Shown: positions 48,027-57,465 of the stretch, piece after piece
How positions within the stretch are numbered: the first letter of the stretch is position 1
How the letters are laid out: each line of letters starts with the position of its first letter
Assembly: GCA_028873125.1 (NCBI GenBank)
Contig: JAGWMQ010000004.1
Location: 1-63,023 of the forward strand
Source of the DNA: Verrucomicrobiota bacterium
GTDB taxonomy: Bacteria > Verrucomicrobiota > Verrucomicrobiia > Limisphaerales > UBA11358
Reading direction: 5' to 3'
Length of the DNA: 63,023 nucleotides
Position numbers and translations under genes: made by a program
The notes under the pieces: model-generated
Seen by the model: only the letters and a program-made list of their open reading frames with translations
Told to the model about the DNA's origin: nothing
Databases searched by the model: none

Positions 48027-48179
48027 ATTCCATCCGCGGATGAGTCCGCGGGCGATTATCGGTGCCTCTTTCCGTCTTCGTTACACTTCGCCGCGAGAGG
48101 CCGAGGCTTTCAATCCGCGTGAGTTCGTGGAATCCGTGTCTTTTTGGCATTTTTTGCGGTTTTGCTGGGATTTTGAAGC

Positions 48180-48285
48180 GATTTTATCCATCCGTTTGGA
48201 GGTTTTATCCGTTTGGTCGTGGATTTTATCCATCCGGAAATGGACTTTATCCTTTCGGACCGGAACTTTATTCGTTCGGAAACCT
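48180..48285 (+). repeat. Five head-to-tail direct repeats with exact 21-bp phasing (core TTTTATCC)
   Basis: Cores at 48182, 48203 and 48224 (TTTTATCC), 48245 (CTTTATCC) and 48266 (CTTTATTC). A weaker sixth lies at 48288 (GTTCATCC). Confidence 0.9.
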
Positions 48286-48385
48286 GTGTTCATCCGTGGT
48301 TACAAAACCGACCATAGTTAAAAGTTATTACGAGGCAAGAAACATGGTATTTCACCGAATCCGGTTCGCGCAGTAGAGTCGTTCC

Positions 48386-49081
48386 ATGATGAATATACGA
48401 AAAGCATCCGAACGGGGCCACGCCCAACACGGCTGGCTGGACACGTATCACACTTTCAGCTTCGCGGATTATCACGATCCGCAATGGATGGGGTTCCGCA
48501 GCCTGCGCGTCATCAACGACGACCTCGTGATGCCGGGCGCGGGCTTCGGCACGCATCCGCACCGCGACATGGAAATCATCACCTACGTCCTGCGCGGCGC
48601 GCTGGAGCACAGGGATTCGATGGGCAACGGCAGCATCATTCGCGCCGGCAACCTGCAATACATGTCCGCCGGCGCGGGCGTCCAGCACAGCGAATTCAAT
48701 CCGTCAAAGGACGAGGCGGTCCAGCTGCTGCAAATCTGGATTTTGCCGGACACCCGGGGCGCGAAGCCGCGCTACGCGGAAAAATCATTGCACGACGCGC
48801 CGACAGGCAAATGGCATTTGATGACCAGCAAGACCGGCCGCGACGGCTCGATTGCGATTCACCAGGACGCCGACTTGTGGCTGGCCAAACTTGAGGCCGG
48901 CCAGCGGATCGCGTACTTGCTGGCCAGGGGCCGTCATGCGTGGATTCACGTGGCCGAGGGCGAGGTGGAGTTGGACGGAAGGACGTTATCGGGCGGCGAC
49001 GCCGCGGCGGTGAGTGGCGAATCGCAACTGGCATTGTCGGCGAAGCAGTCGTCACGGGTTTTGCTGTTTGATTTGAGTTGA
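48386..49081 (+). CDS. Pirin family protein
   Basis: 231 aa. HPHRDMEIITYVLRGALEHRDSMGN cupin metal-site motif. Confidence 0.93.
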   Translation: MMNIRKASERGHAQHGWLDTYHTFSFADYHDPQWMGFRSLRVINDDLVMPGAGFGTHPHRDMEIITYVLRGALEHRDSMGNGSIIRAGNLQYMSAGAGVQHSEFNPSKDEAVQLLQIWILPDTRGAKPRYAEKSLHDAPTGKWHLMTSKTGRDGSIAIHQDADLWLAKLEAGQRIAYLLARGRHAWIHVAEGEVELDGRTLSGGDAAAVSGESQLALSAKQSSRVLLFDLS

Positions 49082-49186
49082 CACCCGCTCCAACCGATCA
49101 AACTCAACCAAAACAAACATGGCAGCGGTATCCGTCATCTGCTTCATGCCCACCTGGAAACCATCCGTTCCCGTTTCGTACGGAAC

Positions 49187-49359
49187 CTCGACGATTCTGA
49201 AATCGCGCATCGAGGCCATGAACTTCGCGTCGTCCGTAACGCAGGCGTCCTCGCCTGCGGGTTCACCCGGCGTCTCGCAGGGTGTTGGGGGCTGGCGGCG
49301 AGACGCCGCCGCGAGCCGCAGTCGGGGACGACTGCGCTACGAGGTTGATGGAAAGAGGC
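49187..49359 (+). repeat. About 170-bp structured dispersed repeat, copy A
   Basis: Aligns by eye along its full length with 58206-58377 (most positions identical, same orientation). Conserved 11-bp stem CGGCGTCTCGC (49268-49278) with GCGAGACGCCG (49298-49308). Confidence 0.88.
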
Positions 49360-49375
49360 CTGGAACGTTCCGCGT

Positions 49376-52300
49376 TCAAGGTGCAAAACGCGCTTTGAGC
49401 GTCAGCGGGGCGAACGGCTTGAGCGGAACGGTGACCGTCCTGCCGTCTCCCTTCAACGGGTGCGCGTCGGTCTCCACCAGATTGCATTGGGACACTTCGC
49501 GAGCCGGCGCGGGAAAAGTCAGTGTCGCCATTCCGCCGGCTCCGGAAAAATCGCAGCAGCGGAAAACAAACCCGTCACCGGCCTCGGCCTCCTTGATGGC
49601 CGTCAGAGGCAGCCCGACGGGTTGGATTCCCACCAGCGACCCGGCGGCCGAGGAAAACACCGGCGTGTGCTGGCTTTCCCCGTGTTGCGCGACCGGCGGA
49701 CAAAACAGGCCCCATCCGTCCTCCACGGCCTGGGGTTTGGAGAAGGCGCCGGCGCGGGAGGTGATCGAGTAGCGGAAGAGGAACCGGCCGCCTTGCTCCG
49801 CCTTGTAGTTGGTGTGCCAGTAATTGTTCATGACGTAGGCGAAGACATGCCCGCGCTTCAGCGCCATCTCGCGCGGCCAGGTGGACGCAGTCATGCCGCC
49901 CAGCGTGAAGAGCGGCGTGTCCAGCGCCGAAAGCTCCACCGTGTCGGCGCCGTCGGAAACGGCCAGCCACTGCTGCACCGCATACCAATCGCGGCAGGCG
50001 GAGGCATGCTGGTCGCGGAGCGGATTGGTGATTTCATCCGGGTATTGGAGCCACAGGCCGCCCTTGCGCGCGTCGAACGCGAAAGGAAAGGCGAGATAAA
50101 CGGCCTCCTTGTTGAGCGTCTCCGTCTTGTCCAACCCGAAAATCAGGTCCAGTTGCTTCAAGCCGCGATACAGCCGGACGCGCAGGGTGATTGCCGGGAA
50201 ATTGACGTTGGTTGACAGGCTGACCAGTTCGCCGAAAACCGGACCGTTGACGGCTTTGATGCCGGTGCAGGTCTGGCGATGATATTCGAACTTCGGCGGC
50301 GGCAGATTATTCAAGTCAGAATGCACGGCATACGTGCCTTCGCCGCCGGTGACGTAAATCAGTTCACCCAGATCGAATTCACCGTTGGTGTCCACCAGTT
50401 CGCGGCCGAGTTGCTTGTCGTAGATGGACTGGATGCCGCCCGTTTTGGGATCGAGTGTCACGCGGTAAAACTCGTTTTCGATTTGATCGCCGGAAATCCG
50501 CACGGCCTCCGCAGGCGCTTGGGATGTGGTGGCCACGCGATAACAGCGGTAACCAATCGAAGGCAGGTCGTCGGCCACAAAACAACTGCCACCTCCGGGT
50601 AGCGGCTGGCAGGGGACGATCCGTTTGGTTTTGAGGTCCTCCACCGCGGCGATTGTTTCCGGGATTTGCACCGCGGCATTACGCGACCAGGCCAGCGGGT
50701 TGAACACCACCCAGTCCGCCGCCGGCGCCATCGTTGCCAACTCGGCCATGGCAGAGGCCTGCAGGGCGTGCGACTCGGCGTCGGCGTCCAGCGCGTAACC
50801 GCGTTTGACCGCCCATTGCTTGACGGTCTGCTCGGAGTCGGGATGGGAAGTGCTTTCCCAGGCGCCCCAGGTGTGTTCGTTGTAGAGCAGGATGTTGTGC
50901 CAGAGTTGGTCAAAATTGGTTTTGGGGTAGGCGGCGCCGGCCAGGATGCCCGCCAACGAATGCAGCATTTCGGCGCTGACCGCGCGTTCCTCGGCGCGGC
51001 GGCTCAATGCCGTCGCCCGCGCGGTGGAACCGGCGCCGTCGGCCCACCAATCACCAAAGTCGGTCTTGAGCACGGGAATGTTGTTGGAGAAATTCTTTTC
51101 GATGTAGCCGAAAAAGTCATCGGGCTGGGCGAAGATCAGTTTGGGATAGGCCCATTCTGCGTTCCACTCCCTGACCACCTTGGGCAGCCACGACTCCACC
51201 GGACGGTTGTCCACAAAGGCGCCGTTGACGAGCACGGCGTCATAGGGGTAATCGGCCGTTTCAAACCGTGCCAGGAACGGCGGGAGTTGCTCCATGGCGC
51301 GCTCCACGCTGGGCAGCAGATCGCCGGCGGCGGCGTAGCCGGGCTGGGTGGTGATGTCGGCCAGCACGCGCGAGCCGTCCGCGCCTTCCCAGTAAAACGG
51401 GTTCGGCACCTCGCCGGCGTAAGGCGCGCGGTCGTTGTTGGCGCCTTCGATGAAATACTTGACGCCGGAATTGGCCAGCACCATGGGCAGGCTTCCGACG
51501 GCGGACGGCACGTCGTCCAGAATGACCGAGTCCAGTTTGAAGCCGCCGCGGTTGGCGAGGTCGCGCGAGTCCAGCTCAAGGCGATTGAGCGCCTCCGAAG
51601 AGCAAAGCCCGGTCAGCATGTTGGCGTAATCGCCGGACAATCCCCATCGGTTCCGGCGCAAGAGCGAAAACACGTCGTCCGTCACCTCCGGATGCAGTTG
51701 CAGCAGGGCGTCCAATTGCCAGAAGGTCTCGGAATACCATTTGAAGAACGGACCGGCGTCCAGGAGCTTCAGCGCGCGCAGGCCGTTGTTGGCGTGGCGG
51801 ACGCGGACCCGCTGCTGAAAATCGGTGTAGCCAATGTCGGTGTGCACCGTGGGCACGATATACACCCGCCATTTTTTCGCGGGCGGCAGCAGGAGCGGTT
51901 GATGGACTTCGCGCCGCGCCGCGCGCAAGGTCAGTTCCACCCGGTGCATGTCCGGCACGGTGATCAGAAAGCTGTTTTCGCCAAAGCGCAAATCGAACTT
52001 TTGCGAGCCGGAAAGGGCCCCGGCTTTCCAGACCAGCACCGCCGGCGCGGCGCCCGCCTCCAGATTGTCAATCGAAACTCTTACCGCCCGCCGCAATCCC
52101 TCCGGCGTGCGTTTGAAGAAGGGCAGCGGCCCGGCTTTCACGCTCAACGTTTCCGACGGCGGGGGCACACCGCTCTCCAACCGGACGTCATCGAACAGCG
52201 CCCAGCTTCCGTTGTTGTCGCTCAGCGCGATGGTGTTGTCGCCGGCGCGGAGCAGCGCCGAGGGGATGATCTGCCGGAGAGAGCAGTGTTTTCCAACCTT

Positions 52301-52753
52301 CGGGTGGGTCAGCGCGTCGTCGGTGCTGCCGCGCGGGAGTTGGCGCTCAATTTTTTCACCGTTGATGGCAATGGCCAGACGGGGCGGCGCGGCCGGATGC
52401 GTGCTGACGAAGTCCAAAGCCAGTTGATAATAACCGGGCGCCGGCTGCGGAATGCGGAAATGGATCGTGAAGGTGTGCGGCTTGTTGCCGGCCCAGGCAT
52501 CGGCCGGTCCCGGCAGAACGTAAGGCCAATCCCGCGCGGGATCGCTCCGGCCCACGACAAAATCGGTGTCGTGTGGAAATTGCTTCGGATACGCCGCCCA
52601 GTCTCCGGCGATGGCAAACTCGTGGTAATCGCCGTCGGCAACGCCGATTTGAAAAACCGCCGGCCCGCCGGTCGCGCGGAAGGCGAGACAACCAACGCCG
52701 AAACAACAAAGCAGGGCGGAACGAATCGTCTTATTCATAACTCGGCTCGACAT
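49376..52753 (-). CDS. Large secreted glycoside hydrolase, GH38 (alpha-mannosidase)-like, with an N-terminal accessory domain
   Basis: Signal peptide from ATG 52753/52738. VYIVPTVHTDIGYTD and YNEHTWGAW motifs as in the GH38 N-terminal domain. A domain of about 290 aa (VFQIGVADGDYHEFA...) precedes the catalytic part. The GH38 family call is less certain than the coding call. Confidence 0.8.
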   Translation of the reverse strand: MSSRVMNKTIRSALLCCFGVGCLAFRATGGPAVFQIGVADGDYHEFAIAGDWAAYPKQFPHDTDFVVGRSDPARDWPYVLPGPADAWAGNKPHTFTIHFRIPQPAPGYYQLALDFVSTHPAAPPRLAIAINGEKIERQLPRGSTDDALTHPKVGKHCSLRQIIPSALLRAGDNTIALSDNNGSWALFDDVRLESGVPPPSETLSVKAGPLPFFKRTPEGLRRAVRVSIDNLEAGAAPAVLVWKAGALSGSQKFDLRFGENSFLITVPDMHRVELTLRAARREVHQPLLLPPAKKWRVYIVPTVHTDIGYTDFQQRVRVRHANNGLRALKLLDAGPFFKWYSETFWQLDALLQLHPEVTDDVFSLLRRNRWGLSGDYANMLTGLCSSEALNRLELDSRDLANRGGFKLDSVILDDVPSAVGSLPMVLANSGVKYFIEGANNDRAPYAGEVPNPFYWEGADGSRVLADITTQPGYAAAGDLLPSVERAMEQLPPFLARFETADYPYDAVLVNGAFVDNRPVESWLPKVVREWNAEWAYPKLIFAQPDDFFGYIEKNFSNNIPVLKTDFGDWWADGAGSTARATALSRRAEERAVSAEMLHSLAGILAGAAYPKTNFDQLWHNILLYNEHTWGAWESTSHPDSEQTVKQWAVKRGYALDADAESHALQASAMAELATMAPAADWVVFNPLAWSRNAAVQIPETIAAVEDLKTKRIVPCQPLPGGGSCFVADDLPSIGYRCYRVATTSQAPAEAVRISGDQIENEFYRVTLDPKTGGIQSIYDKQLGRELVDTNGEFDLGELIYVTGGEGTYAVHSDLNNLPPPKFEYHRQTCTGIKAVNGPVFGELVSLSTNVNFPAITLRVRLYRGLKQLDLIFGLDKTETLNKEAVYLAFPFAFDARKGGLWLQYPDEITNPLRDQHASACRDWYAVQQWLAVSDGADTVELSALDTPLFTLGGMTASTWPREMALKRGHVFAYVMNNYWHTNYKAEQGGRFLFRYSITSRAGAFSKPQAVEDGWGLFCPPVAQHGESQHTPVFSSAAGSLVGIQPVGLPLTAIKEAEAGDGFVFRCCDFSGAGGMATLTFPAPAREVSQCNLVETDAHPLKGDGRTVTVPLKPFAPLTLKARFAP

Positions 52754-53241
52754 TTTGACCAACGGATTTGTATGAACATTGGCATGATTCAAACGCAGGG
52801 GGGAAAGCCCGGGGAGCCGCACCACCCCCGGCCGGGGCGCGGTGGAATGCGGATCGGGCTGAGAGTGAAGCCGGCATATGCGCGATGGTGGCAATTCCCA
52901 CGCACGTGTCAAATCGAATTCCGAAAGTGCGAAACTGCGCGGCTTGAGGACGCGGCACCTCCGCCGAGACACGCGGCCACGGGCAATCCGGTCCAGGCCA
53001 ACTTCATTCCGCATGCCGGCCGGCCAGCCGGCCCGCCTCCCGTCGGCAAGAAGCGCAGAAAGCGCAAAATTCCTGGCAGTTTTCTGATTATAGTTTTGTG
53101 TTCCGGGTTTTAAGCTGGGGCCTGTGCCAAACCGTTTGCCGGAATCCATTCCGCCCGCGCTCGAAAAGCCGGCCGCATTTTGTCCCGGTCCGACGCACAC
53201 AGGCGGGGTGGGTGCGCGGTCAAAATGATCTTCTTCAACGT

Positions 53242-54323
53242 ATGAAAAAACTCGGGTTGGGCGTGCTGGGTCTTGGCGAGGGGCGCAGCATCATTTCCGC
53301 GGCCTTGAACAGCCGGCTTTGGAAGGTGGCGCAAATCTGCGATCTGGATCAGGAACTGGGCCGGGCGCGCTGCCGCGAATTCAATCTGGACAACTTCACC
53401 GCATCGTTTGACGAACTGCTGGCGAACAAGGAGGTGGACGTGGTGGGCATCTACACACCGGACCCTTTGCACGCCGGGCACGTCCTCCAGGCGTTGCGCG
53501 CCTCCAAACACGTCATCTGCACCAAGCCGTTCCTCAACGATCTGTCCCGCGCCAGGGAGGTGATCGAGGAGCAGCGGCGCAGCGGCAAGGTGGTCCTGGT
53601 TGGACAGAGCACGAGATTTTTCGCCCCCTTCATGCGGCAGCGGCGGCACTTCGAATCCGGCGCGTTCGGTGAAATTGCCACCGTGGAGGCCTGCTACAAC
53701 GCCGATCACCGCTGGTTTCTTAAAAAGGGCTGGGCGAAGACCGAGGCCTTCAAATGGCTTTACGGGGGCCTGAGCCATCCCGTGGACCTGGTGCGCTGGT
53801 ATCTGCCGCACATCGTCGAGGTCATGGGCTATTCGTCGTTGAGCAAAAACGGGCGCGAACTGGGCCTGGCGCACCCCGACACCTTCCAGTTTGTTTCAGG
53901 TCCGGGACCGGAATTCCGGCGCGCGTCAGCGGCACGTACAACAGCCCGGTGATCCCGCTCGAACGCGGCAGCCACATGAGCTGCATTCTGCGCTGCGCCA
54001 GCGGCGCCAGCCAGGCCGACTACTTCGATTTGCGGTACGCGTGGAGAATTGGCGACCAATCCGTCATCGAAACATTTGAGGACCAGGACGATTATTATTT
54101 CCGTTTCGGCGGCCACTCGCACCACGCCGGCGAATATCAGAATTACATCGAGTACTTCGCGCGCTGCCTCGAATCGGGCGAAACACCCAGGCCCGATGCG
54201 GCGGAGGGCGTCGTCACCGTGGCGCTGATGCAGGCCATGGAAGAATCCGCGCAGACGGGCCTGCCGGTAAGATTGGGGACCGTTCTGGCGCGCCATGGGC
54301 TGACGGGGGTGCAGCCGGCATGA
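53242..54323 (+). pseudogene. Gfo/Idh/MocA-family oxidoreductase interrupted by a 1-nt frameshift
   Basis: The Rossmann N-terminus (LGLGVLGLGEGRS) in track ORF 53098..53952 continues in ORF 53754..54323. The junction reads ...HPDTFQFV|FRSGTGIPARVSG... and needs one extra T in TTTGTTTC (53890-53897). Confidence 0.8.
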
Positions 54324-55723
54324 CTGCGAACACCGCCACGACCTCCTACACCAAGCGCTTCAGCTACGCCGCCAGCGACACGGCCGGACAGCTTGTTTTC
54401 TGCGTCATCTCGTTTTATCTCCTGAAGTTTTACACGGACGTTTACGGCCTGTCCGCGGCCGCAGCGGGGACGATCCTGCTGGTGGCCCGCTGCGTTGACG
54501 CCGCGGACGCGCCGGTATGGGGCGTCATTTTCGACAAGACCCACAGTCGCTGGGGCAAAAGCCGTCCCTGGTTTCTGTGGCTGAGCGCGCCGTTCGCCAC
54601 CTTCGGCGTGCTGACGTTTGTGGCTCCCAACCTGGGTTACACCGGCAAGGTGATTTACGCCGCAACGACGTACATCGCGTGCAGCGTCCTTTACACCGGC
54701 ATCAACACGCCGGTGACCTCCATCCTGTCGGCGCTGACCGGCGACCCGCGCGAACGCGTGACGCTGACGTGTTTCCGGATGTTCGGCTCGAAGCTCGGCG
54801 TGCTGCTGGTCAACCTCACGGCGCTGAAACTGGTCGCCGTCCTCGGCCATGGCGACGACCGGAGAGGATTCATGCTCGTCCTGCCGATTTATGCGACGGG
54901 GACCCTGATGTTGTATTTGACGGCCTTCTGGAACCTGGTCGAGACGGTCAAAGAGGAGAAGAAATCCCTGCCCATCCGGGACTCGCTGCGCGCGATGCGG
55001 GGCAATTGGCCGTGGATGATCGTTTTTGCGAGCAGCCTTTGTTTCTGGATCGCCTTCATCGCGCGGATTTCCACGGCGCCTTATTTCTTTGAATACGTGC
55101 TGCAACGCCCGGACCTCATCGGACTGGCGAACGGCCTCGATTTCATCTCGCTGGCCACGGTTTTTTTTCTGCCGTTCCTGTGCCGGTGGACCTCCAAGCG
55201 GAACGTGTGGATGTCCGGGCTGCTCGGCATGGTCGTTGGACAGATCATCGTCTATTTCGGTGTGCGCCAGAAAATGTCCCTCGGCATCATCCTGGGGGGC
55301 TGGGCGTTCGGATTTCTGGCCAGCGGCGCGGCCATGGCGATGCTTTTTTCGCTGATCTCCGATTGTGTGGATTATGGCGAATGGAAGACCGGCATCCGCG
55401 CCGCGGGTTTCTTGACCGCCATCGGCGCGGCGTTTTGCCTGAAAGCCGGCAGCGGGATCGGCGGCGCCCTGCCGGCGTGGATCCTGGCCGCCGGCGGCTA
55501 CGTGCCAAACGTGACCCAGACGGCCGCCTCGTTGAACAGCATCGAAATCAGCTTCATCTGGCTGCCGGCCGCGTTCTTCGCCGTCAGCATCCTGCCCGTG
55601 CTGTTTTACAAGGGCTTTGAAAAGCTCGAGCCTCAAATTCACAGCGACCTGCAAAACCGCCGGAAACGGGCAAGGATTGTTGATGGGCACGATGGGCGAC
55701 GGCAATGTTCATCGGCGGGTTGA
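54320..55723 (+). CDS. Glycoside-pentoside-hexuronide (GPH):cation symporter family transporter
   Basis: SYAASDTAGQLVF...LKFYTDVYGLSAAAAGTILLVARCVDAADAPVWGVIFDKT.SRWGKSRPW. 12 TM segments. The ATG overlaps the upstream stop. Confidence 0.9.
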   Translation: MTANTATTSYTKRFSYAASDTAGQLVFCVISFYLLKFYTDVYGLSAAAAGTILLVARCVDAADAPVWGVIFDKTHSRWGKSRPWFLWLSAPFATFGVLTFVAPNLGYTGKVIYAATTYIACSVLYTGINTPVTSILSALTGDPRERVTLTCFRMFGSKLGVLLVNLTALKLVAVLGHGDDRRGFMLVLPIYATGTLMLYLTAFWNLVETVKEEKKSLPIRDSLRAMRGNWPWMIVFASSLCFWIAFIARISTAPYFFEYVLQRPDLIGLANGLDFISLATVFFLPFLCRWTSKRNVWMSGLLGMVVGQIIVYFGVRQKMSLGIILGGWAFGFLASGAAMAMLFSLISDCVDYGEWKTGIRAAGFLTAIGAAFCLKAGSGIGGALPAWILAAGGYVPNVTQTAASLNSIEISFIWLPAAFFAVSILPVLFYKGFEKLEPQIHSDLQNRRKRARIVDGHDGRRQCSSAG

Positions 55724-55818
55724 AGACCGGAAGTCCGGTCCCGCAGGCGTTGAACCCGGCACGGCTGGTTCATGTTCTTCAAGTCGTCGGTCCGGCCGCG
55801 TCCACGGCGACACTGTGG

Positions 55819-57465
55819 TCAGCGCGCCGGCGGCCCGGCTATTAATTCCCGCGAACGCGGGAAACAGACTCGTTGAAGGGCGTTGGCCACGGAAACGACC
55901 TTTTCCCGCGGGCATTCGCCCATGAGACAGATCTGAATCCAGTTTCGACGCCGCAGATAATCGCTGTTGTAGCTCAAGAGGTAGCCGGCGTCCTGCATCG
56001 CCTGGCCGATTTTCACCGAGTTCAGTTCCGGCGGCAGGCCGATGGTGACCACGGCGGGCGAGACCGGCGCGCCATTGCCGACCAAAGGGAACCCGGCCGC
56101 ATCCAGACGCGCGCGCAACCACGCGGAAAGTTCCGTCAGTTCGGCAAACCGCTTTTCCCAATTCACCCGCCGCACCGCCGCGTGCAGGGCGTGAAACAGA
56201 TTGGAGGAGAAGGTGAAGGGAATGCCTTCGTGCGCCGCGCCATGGCCCAGATCCAAATATCGCGGCAACCGGTCGGGCGCGGGCGCCACGGCATGATGGT
56301 GGAAAACCATCGAAAGTCCCGGATACGAACGCAGCCCTTTCCCGCTGGCGGAGGACGCGAGATAGACGCCGCTCAAATCCACCGGCAGGGTGCCGATGCT
56401 GCTGATGCAGTCCAGGCATAACCGGGTTCCGGCCCGCGCGCACAACTCTTTGAGCGCGGCCAGGTCTGTCAGGATTCCGGTCGAGGTTTCGCATTGCACG
56501 CACCAGAGCCAGGCCGGTGGCGCGGCCAATCTCTTCGCGACTGCAGCCAGGTCAATCGGCTCGCCCCAGTCGAATTCCAGCGCGTCGAATTTCAATTGGA
56601 AGCGCCGGACATGGTCGAGCAGCCGTTCGCCGAACTCGCCGTTGCTCAGGACCAGGCCGCGCCCGCCCAGCAACGAAAGCTGGCCCGCCACCGCGTCGTT
56701 GGCCAAGGTGCCGGAGCCGAGGAGCAGCTCGACGTTTCGGGCGTTGGCCAGTTCGCACAGGATCTGCCGGGCGGCCTGGAAATCCTTTTTGAAACCTTCG
56801 CCGCGGTGCGACTCGGGCGCCTGCTCGAAGGCGCGACGAACCTCGCGCCGGACGGTGACGGGGCCGGGCAGGAAATTCACGGCGCTGGGATGAAAGGAGC
56901 GGGCAGGGGAGGAGCGCAAAAATTCCCGCGCGGTCACTTCAAACGTTTCCAACGTGACGTACATCGGCTGAAACTGCGCCTCGCCGGCGCCCACGAGCGG
57001 GCCGAAGGGCACAAAGCCGAGGTGCTGATACAATTTCTGCTGGCGCGCGGTGCCGGAAATGATCGCCAGGTCATAGCCCTTTTCGACACCGTGCTGCCAG
57101 AGCAGGGCGAGGATGCCCTGGAGCACCTGGCCGCCGCGCGCGCCCCGGTATTTTTTGTCAATGGCCAGCAGCCGGATTTCGCAAATGGTCCGGCCGCGCG
57201 GCAGATGCGAGTCCAGGTCGGGCAGTTTTTGGTCGAGCGAAAAGGGCCGGTCGCCGCGCACGGCCAGCATCCCGACCAGCCTCCGGTTGTGCAGGCAGAT
57301 CAGGTAGGTGTTCTCGGCGTGGAATTTGTCCACGAGCCGCTGGGCGGCCGACGGCTGGTGCTGCGGGATTTCCTCGACGAAGGTCTTGTAGTTGAGCCGG
57401 TGAACCTGCTCGAATTCCCAGTCTTCGGTCGCAAATTTGAAAATGAGCGGTTCGTGCGTGTTCAT
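55819..57465 (-). CDS. Fusion protein: N-terminal GNAT-fold N-acyltransferase plus C-terminal class V aminotransferase
   Basis: aa 1-190: VDKFHAENTYLICLHNRRLVGMLAVR and LLAIDKKYRGARGGQVL. aa ~200-548: FLPGPVTV..., GSGTLANDA, SSASGKGL (PLP Lys), AGXT/PhnW-like. Confidence 0.85.
   Translation of the reverse strand: MNTHEPLIFKFATEDWEFEQVHRLNYKTFVEEIPQHQPSAAQRLVDKFHAENTYLICLHNRRLVGMLAVRGDRPFSLDQKLPDLDSHLPRGRTICEIRLLAIDKKYRGARGGQVLQGILALLWQHGVEKGYDLAIISGTARQQKLYQHLGFVPFGPLVGAGEAQFQPMYVTLETFEVTAREFLRSSPARSFHPSAVNFLPGPVTVRREVRRAFEQAPESHRGEGFKKDFQAARQILCELANARNVELLLGSGTLANDAVAGQLSLLGGRGLVLSNGEFGERLLDHVRRFQLKFDALEFDWGEPIDLAAVAKRLAAPPAWLWCVQCETSTGILTDLAALKELCARAGTRLCLDCISSIGTLPVDLSGVYLASSASGKGLRSYPGLSMVFHHHAVAPAPDRLPRYLDLGHGAAHEGIPFTFSSNLFHALHAAVRRVNWEKRFAELTELSAWLRARLDAAGFPLVGNGAPVSPAVVTIGLPPELNSVKIGQAMQDAGYLLSYNSDYLRRRNWIQICLMGECPREKVVSVANALQRVCFPRSRELIAGPPAR

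Noticed and set aside
48180-48285. CRISPR array or chromosomal oriC.
   Set aside because: The repeats are contiguous with no spacers, and there are no cas genes. The units match the DnaA box only in the TTATCC half. There is no dnaA/dnaN, AT-rich unwinding element or GATC cluster nearby. The DnaA-related idea is kept only as one hypothesis among several.
48062-48376. ORF encoding a heptad-repeat protein (FYPSVWR FYPFGRG FYPSGNG LYPFGPE).
   Set aside because: The repeat unit is open in three frames, so several mutually exclusive ORFs appear. There is no SD and no plausible N-terminus. The periodicity is better explained at the DNA level (21-bp array). It is kept as a finding about the DNA repeat, not as a CDS.
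52754-53200. The N-terminal 149-aa extension of the GH38 ORF, with similar upstream extensions of ORFs 23960..24601, 59686..61161, 13352..14236 and 26764..28170.
   Set aside because: The extensions precede clear signal peptides or conserved N-termini. They run through repeat or promoter DNA and start at non-ATG codons. Internal ATG/GTG starts give proteins of canonical length.
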